Origin: Octopus sinensis
Lineage: Eukaryota
Length of the DNA stretch: 64,000 nucleotides
Reading direction: 5' to 3'
Assembly: GCF_006345805.1 (NCBI RefSeq)
Contig: NC_043002.1
Coordinates: 19,034,001 to 19,098,000 of the forward strand
Part shown: positions 11,167-23,173 of the stretch, in pieces
Position numbering within the stretch: the stretch's first letter is position 1
Layout: each line of letters begins with the position of its first letter
Made by a program: the position numbers and the translations under genes
Notes under the pieces: model-generated
Seen by the model: only the letters and a program-made list of their open reading frames with translations
Told to the model about the DNA's origin: nothing
The model's database searches: none

Positions 11167-12912
11167 ATGTTTATTTTCATGTCATGTTATAATCACACAA
11201 CTATGCTTGCACCTATATTTAAAACGGATTAACCCCAGCCAAATTTCCTTCAAATAACACCCTATGTCCTTGGAAAGGGAAAGACATGTTTAGTATATTA
11301 TTGAAAAGTCCAAAATACTCTTGAAATTACAAAATGGTCAAAGTTGGAATGCTCTTGATCATTAGTCAGTTTAATCAGGACTTTGTTGGTATGACATGAA
11401 GTTCAAATCACCAACTCAGTAAAGATCCTATCTAAATATGACTGAATGGAAATACAGACTCAACTAACTGATAGACAAAACAAAACTAAGTGATAAATGC
11501 AGTAACACATAAATAGGAGGACAGTTGGATTTTCAGTGAAATTAGATAAAAACTTCTGATGGCCAAGTAACTAGAGACAATTGATCATTATTCTTTATTT
11601 ATGTTTTAGTGAGTGCAACATCAAAAATGGAATAGTTGGGAGATTGCAAAAGGAGTTGCTTATAAGAAAAGTTAGAATTTATTCTGTTGTGTCTGGGGAG
11701 AGCCATTTTCTTTTTGTGCCTTATAATTTAACACACTCTCTGATAAAATTTCCACTAATTCTTATTTTTATTTTCCTAAAATTTATTGTTCCATACAAAT
11801 AGCAAAATAAGCTATGAGTGGAATTTGGAAGATAGAAAAGGTGTGTGTGTGTTAATGTTTGTTTTCATGTCATGTTATAATAAAAACAATTTTACACTAA
11901 ACTGAAGGACAACTCAACACTTGAGAGTACATATTTATTATTCATTAACAAGAATAGTATGGATGGTGACTTCAATGTTTTGGTCTGCTAAACCTTCATT
12001 GGACTGTCTTGATCAACAGTATCTACTACACATGGAAAATCGGTGTGTTTGTTTGTGGCATTGTTAGTTAACTCCTCCTACATCGTTTCCTTGATTTTGA
12101 TAAAACTTGACACATGAGTAGAACTCATGTCTGGAAACCTCATGACATACTTAGATTGTTTAAAAAAAACGATAATATGGTCCCTGGAAGGGACCTTTGT
12201 ATCTACCTCATATAACTAAAAATTTTTTAAACTCCCAAGGGAAATAACCCATAGCACCCGTACAATATTTTTTTAAACACTCAAGGGAAATAACCCATTT
12301 CATTGTTTATGTTCGATTACTTTGAAAATTGATTTTTTATGTGTCCTATTTCTAATTTTTGCAGACAATATTATTTTTATACTTTATTTGACACGTGAGT
12401 AGAACTCATGCCCTTCCAATGGATCCTTCTATCTACTACATATTACTAATATTTTTTTAAGCAACCCAAGGGAAATAACCCATATCACCTGTAGATTTTA
12501 GCGAAGCAATCAATATTTGATTCTCACAATCAGCCGACCTAATTCTGCATTTCACTACTCACAGTTTTGAACTGCTAAACATTATTGCACTTCCTTAATT
12601 TGAATCATAAACATTAAAGACTTCATTCATACATTTCTATACATACATACTTTTTTGAATGCCCATTACTCTGATTATTCTGCATTTTTACAGTTACACT
12701 TTTTCCATGACAGTAGATAAATTTTTTATTCCACAGTGTATTTGTAGTGTCTTCGTGCAGGCATAGCATGGATTCGATCCTCGATTACCAAATTTCACTT
12801 AACTCTTCAACAGCGCTTTTCTCACAGCAAAACAATAGTTTTTCTGTGAATGACAGCAGTTATACATTTCCCAGATGCCTTTGCTAAGTAGAATAATGTC
12901 TTTGCCTCTTAC

Positions 12913-13004
12913 CAACCTCCAACAACCTCTTTCACCAACCTTTGACAATCTTTCTCAGCAACCTCCAAAAACCTCTCTCAGCAACCTCCTACAATCTCTC
13001 CCTC
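12913..13004. repeat. 23-bp tandem repeat x4 (CAACCTCCAAMAACCTCTYTCAG)
   Basis: Units start at 12913, 12936, 12959, 12982. Confidence 0.7.
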
Positions 13005-13114
13005 CTTCAGCTGACAGTTTTTCGTACTTTTTCCTGACAGAAAATACACCTTTTGTGGCAGTTATAACAAAATTACTTTCTTATATCAGAGTAATATGGT
13101 ATTTCAACAGAACA

Positions 13115-13150
13115 TCTTTACCCCCAGGAATTACCGGGTACACCAGCTAG
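13115..13150 (+). mobile_element. Possible Helitron 3' terminus
   Basis: CCCCCAGGAATTACCGGGTACACCAG-CTAG followed by T; 5' end not identified. Confidence 0.4.
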
Positions 13151-13155
13151 TATAT

Positions 13156-13277
13156 ATATTAATTACTGGTGAAGGCTGGTTTATAGGGTTGCCCTGGGTT
13201 TCTCACCATATAGGGTACCCTTTAGGGCAAGAAACCCAGAGCAACCCTATAAACCGGCCTTCACCAGTAATTAATAT
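13156..13277. repeat. 122-bp palindrome / mini-MITE
   Basis: 48-bp arms 13156-13203 and 13230-13277 with 2 mismatches, 26-nt loop. Confidence 0.85.
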
Positions 13278-13686
13278 GGACTGCTCTACTTCTTAGAGTG
13301 TGCTTCTCCGGATTTATGTTTTCCATAAAAAACGTTATGTGTGTATGTGTATGTATGTGTATACATACATACATACATGGTTATGGACAAAATCATAGTT
13401 GATGTCATAATATAAGATGCATTTCCTTTTTTCTCAAAAAAATATCTGAAATTCTTACTGGAACCTGTGTGCGAAACATATGCGCTATTGAAATTGAGAG
13501 TGTCTAATATACAATCAAATATGGTATGGTTGAAAAGTGAAAGCAAATTCTTCTAAAAATAATGAGACTAAATTGCAAGAGAACCCAGAAGTCATGATTG
13601 TGACATTCTTCCATTTAAACCGGTAAACTATGTACGTCCTATGGACATACATATTTAATACATGAGAACAGTACATATATTTTAAA

Positions 13687-13989
13687 CTAGCAGTATCGCC
13701 CGGCGTTGCTCGGGTTTGTAAGGGAAATAACTATATAAGCATTTTTAGAGAGTAACTTCCCTTATATAAACCGAGCAAAAAATGCATTAAAAATGCGGAA
13801 AAATGATGATAAATTTTTTTAAATCGTAGACTCATCGTAGATGCGCACTAATACCCAGAAGGGCTCGATATGAATCACGACTATAAGATACCCACTTTTG
13901 GTTAAACTGCACCGCAAAATGTGGGAGTAGCTAGGAAACTAAATCGGAGTAGACAGACACACACACAACTTCAGTTTTATATATAAAGA
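13687..13989 (-). mobile_element. Non-autonomous Helitron (303 bp)
   Basis: Minus strand A|TCTTTATATATAAAA ... CCCGAGCAACGCCGGG hairpin, CGATACTG-CTAG|T. Confidence 0.85.
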
Positions 13990-14249
13990 TAAGATGAAAA
14001 CAATTACACTTCTCAATGGCATTTGTTGCCAGGTATAGTACATTTGAACGGTGTACCAGGGCTGCTATTTCTGAAATACTTAACACATCACTAGGAAGTA
14101 CTATTCATGTATTGGTGACCGGTAATAAAGTCGCAGGAAAAAGTCACAGTAATAAAGTCATAATTTTGGCAAAGAAAAAAGTCACAGTTAATTAATGGTG
14201 GCCAGTAGTAAAGTCACAGGAAAAAAAGGCACAATTAATTTATGGTGGC

Positions 14250-14351
14250 TAGGAGTGTGGTAAGTAGCTTGCTTACCAACCACATGGTTCTAGGTTCATT
14301 CCCACTGCTATAGCCTCGTAGAGTAGATTTCGTAGAAAGAAGCCTGTCGTA

Positions 14352-14414
<63 letters not shown>

Positions 14415-14616
14415 ATATGTTTATGTGTCTGTGTTTGTTCCTCAACATCGCTTGACAACGGATAGTGATTATGTTTACGCCCCTGTAACTTAGAGGTTCG
14501 GCAATAGAGACCGATAGAATAAGTACTAGGTTTCCAAAGAATAAGTCCTGGGGTCGATTTGCTCGACTAAAGGCGGTGCTCCAGCATGACCGCAGTCAAA
14601 TGACTGAAACAAGTAA
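14250..14616 (+). mobile_element. SINE family B, inserted in an AAAGTCACAG-repeat-rich element (~14110-14690)
   Basis: Family B head and tail; flanks carry repeated AAAGTCACA motifs and an inverted TGTGACTTTT. Confidence 0.8.
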
Positions 14617-15114
14617 TAAAGTCACAAGAAAAAAGTCACAATTAATTTAAGGGATCCGAGCAAAACCCCTGTGACTTTTTTTCGTTTTTTTTTCCCACCT
14701 GGATTCACATGTATTTGCCTGTGGACATGGCAGAGTAAGGGAGTTCTTAATTTTCTTTTTATGAAATGTTGGGATGCCACAGTTGTACTCCCGGTTTCTA
14801 ACGCAATTTAACTCAATTTTAAAGATTATTTACTTTCATTTTTTTTTACAACCTTAAACTGCATGTTAACTATACGCTACAAACAAACATTTGCACACGT
14901 TTGGCTTCATTTGTGCAAACCGATGTATCTAGTTGGATTATTTCCTGTCATTGTGGTATAGAAATAAAATTAAGACGAGTATCGGACTGCAATATGTCTG
15001 TTACATGTTTGAATTATTTCTATCGAAATAATTATGGCTAGCACTCTTGATAGTAGTGCTCCATCATTATCGCAATCAAATAACTGAAAGCAGGGAGAAA
15101 AAATAATTTATTAA

Positions 15115-15490
15115 GGCTGTGTGGTAAGTAGCTTGCTTACGGACCACATGGTTCCGGGTTCAATCCCACTGTGTGGCACCTTGGGCAAGTGTCTTCTACT
15201 ATAGCCTCGGGTCGACCAAAGCCTTGTGAGTGGATTTGTTCCATGGAACTGAAAGAAACCCGATGTATATATATATATATGTGTGTGTGTGTGTTTGTGT
15301 TTGTCCCCCCAACATCGCTTGACAACTGACGCAGGTGTGTTTACATCCCCGTAACTTAGCGGTTCGGCAAAAGCGACCGATAGAATAAGTACTAGGCTTA
15401 CAAAGAATAAGTCCTGGGGTCGATTTGCTCGACTAAAGTCGGTGCTCCAGCATGGCCACAGTCAAATGACTGAAACAAGTAAAAGAGTAA
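15115..15490 (+). mobile_element. SINE family B, full length
   Basis: Closely matches 5953-6347. Confidence 0.85.
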
Positions 15491-15704
15491 CATATAAGGT
15501 CTGAAATTTTTTTCTTAGTTGCAGGAAGAAACTAAAACAGCGGAAATTATCGGCGATTATAATAAAAACAAGGGAGAAAATTAAATATCCTGAACATTTT
15601 GTCCAGGAATCATTAACACTTGGGTACGTTTTTGATTATTTTCCCCATCACTGGAAGGAAATTTGAAATCGTGGGTTCAGCATTTCAGTTCATCACTTAT
15701 ATTA

Positions 15705-16079
15705 CTAGCAGTATCCTCCGGCGTTGCTCAGGCTGGTTTCGACCCTTTAGAATTGGAATTTTTGAAAAGTAAAAATTTTGCATTATGTAGCTTGCTATTC
15801 TCTTTAAGTGAACATTTTTCTGGTTGAAATACACCGAAAAATGGTGACACAGCAGTCAAAAAATCGTTAAAAAATAGGGATTTTTGTAGAAAAAAAGCAC
15901 CTTTTTGATGTTAACATGGTCCGATTTGAATTTTTTCTTCCACGGAAGGAAGAGCAAACCTTCTTCTATCATACTCTCAATTTTGGTCAAACGGCGCCGC
16001 AGGGTCTCGGGAGAGATAGTGTTATTTGAAGGCTACCAAACCTGCCACACACAGACAACTTCAGCTTTATATATAGAGA
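15705..16079 (-). mobile_element. Non-autonomous Helitron (375 bp)
   Basis: Minus strand A|TCTCTATATATAAAGCTGAAGTTG ... GAGCAACGCCGGAGGATACTG-CTAG|T; termini shared with 13687-13989. Confidence 0.8.
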
Positions 16080-16739
16080 TTTTTATCATTGGATCATATA
16101 TTTTAATTATATACCTCATACCTATTCAATCAAATGTTTTACATTCGAGTCCCCAAATTGATTCGAATGTTTTTTTAATTAACTAATCACGTAAACTTTT
16201 CAAATATCTACAGAAAGCGCATTGAACTTCAATCATTCTACAAATTTAAATCTATCAAAAATGGCGGGTAACAAAAGTTAGTTCCTGGTCAAAGGGAAAC
16301 AACTTTCGTCACACAATTATGTTAAAATTACTTCCCTTTGACCAAAAACTTGCACTTTCTGACGTTAGCGTTAGGAAAATAATTATTCGGCTCTTCGATT
16401 ATTCCAAATTTGGTTATACCAGAATAAAGGAATTTCGTGCGGAATATTTTTTCTCAACTGCTGGATATTTTGAGTTTAACATGTTAGAACAAGAATATAT
16501 GAATATTCTCATACAAAATTATTATTCCGACTTCGTTCTCTTCAATTACAATATTTTGCCTGTTTCAGTGGTTGGGGTACCGCTTTGAAGGATCTTAAAA
16601 GAAATTTTGAGACCGCATTTGTTAATGATTTTTATTTTGTGATTTAATTAAATACTATTGTTATGTTTTAATTTGTAATTCTAAATTTATGATACAAACT
16701 ACAAAATTTATGATACGAAACAATTCTAACAGAAATTTA

Positions 16740-17546
16740 GGATCTTTTCGGTTTGAACGGCAGTTTTTTCTAGCGGTGTCATATAAAATTGTCACCCATA
16801 ATTATGACCCAAGTATCGATCTATTGCATTTCAATTTGTTTTAGGGTTAGGGTTAAGGGTGGGCCGAAGGGTATCTTTTTTTCTTCACAAATGTAAATAA
16901 ACCCAATCTGTTTCTTAAACGAGGGACATATTCATATGGCAGAGAATGTTTTTTTTTACCTCAATAGACGTCAGTGATTGGTTGAAATTACAGAAACTGA
17001 AGAAAAAACAACAAATATCTTACAAACTATAGAATTTTCTCAATAAAGCCAAGAGAAAAAGATGTTTTATAAACACATTCTACCAGTATACGAAGTTTAA
17101 AAGTGTTCAGTTACGTGGAAATTATTCAAACCGAAAAGATGCGAAATTTATTTTATTCAGGAAGATCTCTAGGATAGACAACATTTCTTGTTCTACATTT
17201 GATGCTCTTTTGAAAAGATGTCTGCCCTAACATGCAGGAATCTCACACAGTGCTTGTGATGAAACAAATATGGTCTTGTCAATTCGATTCCAGCCACTGT
17301 GAGTTACTATCCCCGACACGTATAGATCGTCATTGTCTCTGGAAGGCAGTATTTTAATTGAACGGCAGAGTGCTTTAAATAAATATGACTTGATATCAAT
17401 ATATACGATTTTAACTGTAAGACGGTACAACAAAAGCCAAGAGAAAAAGATGTTTTATAAACACATTCTACCAGTATATGAAGTTTTAAAATGTTTAGTT
17501 ACAAAGAAATTATTTTTAAAATCTGCCGGTCAAAGCGAAAAGATCC
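16740..17546. mobile_element. Unclassified TIR element with duplicated right half
   Basis: 24-bp TIRs GGATCTTTTCGGTTTGAACGGCAG / CTGCCGGTCAAAGCGAAAAGATCC; ~65-bp direct repeat at 17045 and 17433. Confidence 0.6.
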
Positions 17547-18354
17547 GATATTTTTGTTGTTGTGCCGTCTTGGTATTTTAAACTAGTTTTTGAAATCATG
17601 TTTTTATTAGCCGAAGAATTTGAGCAGCCTATTTAAATCTCAGATATCTCCTGCGCAATATTCATGAACCAAACTCAGTTTAAAGCAGTTGCTTGATGTG
17701 CAAATGCAAAATATCACGAAGCTTGCTAGAGAAGAGACTTCGTGGAAAATGATGAAAACTGGAACAGTATCTTACAAGGAGCTGCTGTCTCATACTCTCC
17801 CAGCAAGAAGAAGATCCTCTTCGCTATTCATTATGCCTGTTCACCATCTTAGCATGTTTGACAAAATCAACAGGACATCGTGACAAAAAACATACTGTAT
17901 CAAGCACGAGAGTAACACCCCTCCTTGAGTCTACCTCTGCCACGAGCAACCCAGCCCTGAATCTCAATGAAAATATTACGTGGCGCAAGGCTGACAAGGA
18001 TCTTGAATTATGTTTTCAACTCCATTATGAAAGGAAATTGCAACACGAGGGATTCTTTAGGTGACAAGGTATAAAATAATAATGATGAAATTATTGTATA
18101 CAGTGCTCAGGTGCACCACAACTTGTCAGAAAGTGCATATAAAGTACATGCAGTAATGTAAAAATGTCTGGAAAGCGAACAATGTATGAATCAGATACAT
18201 GCCTGTGTGTGTACGGAGGGGAGAAAATCAGGTGTAGTGTTGGCGAATATATAACAACTGGAATAACAAGTCTACTCAAACGAATTAGTCTTGGTTTCTG
18301 ATTAAAAAAAACAAAACAACTTATACAAGGATTTATTCATTAGTAACATCTGAC

Positions 18355-18790
18355 TCGGGAAGATGTGTCTGGTGGAACAGAGAAAACATTTTTGATTAAG
18401 TTAATTTTGGCAAAATGTTCCTTCACTGAAGTCGCCTCATATGGAACTGCTCCAACTTTACTCTCAGGTGACAGGTTCTAAAGCAGTTCGAGTTAAAGTA
18501 TGAGTGCACAATATCTCACAGACTTGCATTTGGGGCTATAAGGCTTTACAAGGTCTCAGAGGTTTAAGCAAAATCATGAGTGGAGTCATACTCCTGCTCC
18601 CCGATGACCTTTTGGCAAACTGCCTATCATTCCGAAAGGACATCTGCTAATCGGTTGAGAGAACAGATCTCCGAAAGATCTTTGGAAACGCGATGAAAAA
18701 CTTCAACTTTTTACACATATGAGAGTTGTACTTGATTAAGATGTCTCAGCACCCGAGTTTGCAAAAGTTTTAATTCATATCTCAGTTGAC
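18355..18790 (+). pseudogene. Helitron RepHel Pif1-helicase remnant
   Basis: DVSGGTEKTFLIKLILAK (degenerate Walker A GGTGKT), VASYGTAPTLLSG, MSGVILLLPDD, LPIIPKG, THMRV; frameshifted. Confidence 0.75.
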
Positions 18791-19239
18791 AAAAAGGGAA
18801 GATGTAAAAAAAAAAAGAAGTGGTACTGACAGTTTATCGTAGCCTGCCACAGAATTTCTAGAAACCACTAGTGACTTTTTCAACTTGCAATCTGAGCTCT
18901 TCAAAACTGACACTATATAGGATATTAATGCCATCACCATTAAACCCCCAGATAGTATCAGTCAATTAACACTAAAATTAATCTTAACGATGCTCTTAAC
19001 AATCCAACAGTGTTTCTCAATTTTTTCCATCCTACTGCTGTCTCTTCTCGCAAAATCTTCAGACGAAAGCAGGAGCATCCATTTGCCATTCGGATGCATC
19101 AAAAACTCTGTAACGATACAAAACTCTGAAATCGCCGAAGTAACTGGTGATCATTTCATTGATATGGTGGAGGATATAGTAGTGTTCCGTCGCTGCATTA
19201 ATGAGTTCGTGCAGGATTGGACCGTCTACGTAGGTGAGG

Positions 19240-19870
19240 TAAACGACCGCTTGATGCGATGAACGATGATGAGCGATTCCTAGAGAACATTGTGTTCAGT
19301 GATGAGGTTACGTTCCATGTGTGTGGACGTGTTCATCATTACAAAGTCATGATATGAGCTTAGAAACCGTTACGTGCCTTCATTGGGCACGAGTGTGACA
19401 GCCCCAAAGTGAATGTCAGGCGTGCATTTATACATGGTAGGGTTATTGGACCGTTTCTCTTTTCAGACCTAAATGCAACTTAAAAAACTACCTTGATATG
19501 TTGGACCTGTATGCAGTGTCACAAATACGGGATGTCGGTGCAGGTATCTTCTTTGAACACGATGGGACTCCCCTGCAATACAGCAGAATTGTCCGTGACT
19601 TTCTGGAAAGGACATTTCCACAGCGGTGGACAGGAAGGGATGGATGAATGCTATGACCTCCACGATCGTCAGGCCTCACGCCATTAGATTTTTTACCTGC
19701 GGGGCTGTCAAGCAACGAGTGTACAGTGTTCCTGTTACCGGTAGTGAGCACCTGAAGGAGAGAATCAATGACTGTCCAATCTGTTGCACCTGATATTCTT
19801 CGTTGCGTGAAGCTAAAACTGGAGTTCCGATTAGATGTGTGCAGGGCAACAAATGGAAGCCACAGTGAAC
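19240..19870 (+). pseudogene. Tc1/mariner-superfamily DDE transposase remnant
   Basis: FLENIVFSDEVTFHV...HECDSPKVNV...GRVIGPFLF...FEHDGTP...RSSGLTPLDF; stops and frameshifts. Confidence 0.8.
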
Positions 19871-19983
19871 TAAACTGCACTGAACTGTATGTAAACTTTA
19901 TTAGTCTGTCTCGTATTCAACAAGTACATGAAATCTGTAGTGTTGCAAGTTACATCAATAAATAGTTTTGAAATCACACCATG

Positions 19984-20365
19984 GAAGCACTCCGTCGGTT
20001 ACGACGACGAGGGTTCCGGTTGATCCGAATCAACGGAACAGCCTGCTCGTGAAATTAACGCGTAAGTGGCTGAGCACTCCACAGACACGTGTACCCTTAA
20101 CGCAGTTCTCGGGGATATTCAGCGTGACACAGAGAGTGACAAGGCCGGCCCTTTGAAATACAGGTACAGCAGAAACAGGAAGTAAGAGTGAGAGAAAGTT
20201 GTGGTGAAAGAGTACAGCAGGGATCACCACCATCCCTGCCGGAGCCTCGTGGAGCTTTAGGTGTTTTCGCTCAATAAACACTCACAACGCCCGGTCTGGG
20301 AATCGAAACCGCGATCCTACGACCGCGAGTCCGCTGCCCTAACCACTGGACCATTGCGCCTCCAC
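19984..20365 (-). mobile_element. tRNA-derived SINE family D, full length, 15-bp TSD
   Basis: Head GGCGCAATGGTCCAGTGGTTAGGGCAGCGG...GGTTTCGATTCCC; TSD TGAAATCACACCATG at 19969-19983 and 20366-20380. Confidence 0.9.
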
Positions 20366-20394
20366 TGAAATCACACCATGATTTTACGGACTCA

Positions 20395-20460
<66 letters not shown>

Positions 20461-21214
20461 GATGGATGGATTAATTGATGGATGGATGGTTGTATATATT
20501 ATGCCGAACGAATGAGAGGAGTACGCAATACATCTTGTAGAATACGTGGTTTATTGAAGCTTCTATAAACATAATTTATCAATCTTAGCCTCTCTTAAAA
20601 GTAAACAAAGTGATTACATTTCAATTTTTTCTTATTTCTCTGAGGACAAAAAAAAAAGTGGGGGTTGATGTGTCTGCCTTGTAGTGTTTTGAGAAGTTCA
20701 TAAAACATTATACTCATTTGTCCTTATAAATAGCAATAAAGTACATTATAGTACCTTATAGCTATTTATAGACTAGGACACAGTTTAACTAGATCGTCTA
20801 ATTTGCATTATAGTGCATGCGCTGAAATGTAAAGAATACCTTCTTGTGATAAACATACAGTTTTATACTCGATGTGGAAAATAATGTTGTTATATACTAC
20901 AGTTTCTGTTTTAGCTTGCAGCTTTTCATTAAAATAGCTTTGTTACAAACAGTCTAGTTGTATCACTAATTTCAAACAACATATTATACATTATTGACGA
21001 CAGAGAGATTAAAGAGCATCGAAAATAGAATTTGAAATTAACAGCCTTTCAGTTCTTTAGAAGCCAGTTCATTCAAGATCGGTTCCTTCCAGGTTGCGTA
21101 AATGTGCTGCATGGAGCAAACTGAAAAATAAGACAATATTTAAAAATGCAATTCTGATTAATTTGTTCAGCAGAGAAAGGAATATTGGTCACAATGAATT
21201 AGAGTCTCGCGAAC

Positions 21215-21589
21215 TCGTCACTGCCCCATCCAAACTTATTTGATGTTTCTGTGTGTGACCCCCTTCGGTCAGACACTGACCATGGTCTTGCACCGAGAGA
21301 GTTACCCTCTGAGGCACAAGTCTGGGCAAGCTTGTTTTATGGAAGACCAGCAGTCGCCCATGCATACCAGCCTCCCCTCTCCACGTCACCGATGTTGTCC
21401 AAGGGAAAGGCAAGGGGGCCGATCCAGCTTGGCACTTGTGACGTCGCAACTCATTTCTACAGCTGAGTGAACTGGAGCAACGTGAAATAAAGTGTCTTGC
21501 TCAAGAACATAACACGTAGCCCGGTCCGGGATTCGAGCTCACAACCTCACGATCGTAAGCTCGACGCTCTAACCACTGAGCCATGCGCC
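21215..21589 (-). mobile_element. tRNA-derived SINE family E
   Basis: Head GGCGCATGGCTCAGTGGTTAGAGCG...GAGCTCGAATCCC, then TTCTTGAGCAAGACACTTT and CACTCAGCTGTAGAAATGAG conserved-domain-like motifs. Confidence 0.8.
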
Positions 21590-21644
21590 TTCAATGTTGG
21601 TTACAATGCTCTTTCTTATATTGTTGTAGGTTTCGAAGGATGCT

Positions 21645-21780
21645 ACTCCTCTGCATAGCAGGTTTACAGTTGAACAGACGTGAAAAGAAGTGTTTTGCTC
21701 AAGAACACTACGCACCACTGGTCTAGGAATCGAAACCACGACGATACGATCATCTCGAGTGGAACACCTGAACCACGAAG
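21645..21780 (-). mobile_element. Diverged tRNA-derived SINE fragment
   Basis: GGTTTCGATTCCTAGACC...TTCTTGAGCAAAACACTT. Confidence 0.5.
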
Positions 21781-21884
21781 AATTTTAGTCGGACGAATCA
21801 ACCCTAGTCTTTCTTTTCTTAAAACTTGGGGCTTGTTCTGTTAGTCATTTTTGCCAACCACCAAATTTTGGGGACCCCAGAGCG

Positions 21885-22228
21885 TAACTGGTACTTATTT
21901 AAATCGGCTCCAAAAGGATGAAAGGCCTCAAAAGGATGAAAGGCAAAGTCGACCTCGGTGGAATTTGAACTCAGAACGTAGCAGCAGACGAAATACCTAT
22001 TTCTTTATTAACCACAAGGGGCTAAACACAGCGGGGACAAACAAGGACAGACATAGGTATTAAGTCGATTACATCGACCCCAGTGCGTAACTGGTACTTA
22101 ATTTATCAACCCCGAAAGGATGAAAGGCAAAGTCGACCTCGGCGGAATTTGAACTCACAACATAACGCAGACGAAATACCGCTTGGCATTTCACCCGGCG
22201 TGTAAACGTTTCTGCCTGCTCACCGCCC
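21885..22228 (-). mobile_element. SINE family A, dimeric copy
   Basis: Full monomer joined to a truncated second monomer at AAAGAAATAGGTATTTCGTCTGC. Confidence 0.85.
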
Positions 22229-22735
22229 TCGCAAGCTTCTTACTACACACACACACACACATACACACATTTTGGTCTATTTTTGTACCATATCTTCTTC
22301 TCCCTCCTCATCCTTTCTCTTATCTTCTCGGCTACCTCGTACACAATTCTTAGACTCCATACACATAGACACCTTACTTTATCCTATAACTAATCCTTAA
22401 AATGTACCCCACCTCACTCTATCTACTATTTCTTTTCTTTTCTTTCCTTTTACCACTTAATACTCACCTCTGCTACAATTCTGTTATTGAACGTTGCTAT
22501 GTTCGCGTCTGTTTTCTTGGGATGTTTACTACATCAGGATTTTAATCCACATGGATCTACGCAGGATTGCACCTAAAGACTCATGCTCTGGATTCTATAA
22601 CTTCGGAAAGCTGAACTATGAACTTTTATGCTTCTTTTCTTCTTTCTTTCCATCTCCTTATTCTTTTACTCCCTTCCTCTATGTCGTCATCTCATTAATA
22701 TATACCATTCTCATTTTCCCTATTTTTCCCTATTT

Positions 22736-22791
22736 GTCTCTGACGATGGAATATCCCATACTCAGGGATATCCCAGAAACAGCTGTAAGAC
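22736..22791 (+). ncRNA. Minimal type I hammerhead ribozyme, canonical core, GUA site
   Basis: GTCT-CTGACGA-TGGAATATCCC(ATACTCA)GGGATATCCCA-GAAA-C(AGCT)G-TA^AGAC. Confidence 0.8.
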
Positions 22792-23025
22792 TTTGGAATT
22801 TTTTCCAATAATAATATTGTATATAACTTAAGATGTTCGGCTTGCCTTAATGTTTGTTGTCCTCTTTAACAATTATATAACCGCTGCATCGGAAATCTGC
22901 AATGACTCCCTAACTACCGTCACGGTTATAACATTGGATCCCTAAGGTAATCCGTTACAGCACTTACTTAGCGTACCTAATCGTGTAGATCACTTGTGAA
23001 CTAACCCCACCCCCATACTTTGTGC

Positions 23026-23094
<69 letters not shown>

Positions 23095-23173
23095 TGTGTG
23101 TGTGTATGTATGTATATATATGTGTATGTACGTGTATATGTATATATATACACGTGTATATGTATATATATAA

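Noticed and set aside
19984-21589. tRNA-like heads (also families A and B)
   Set aside because: A/B boxes continue into SINE bodies with no complete cloverleaf 3' acceptor strand; not tRNA genes
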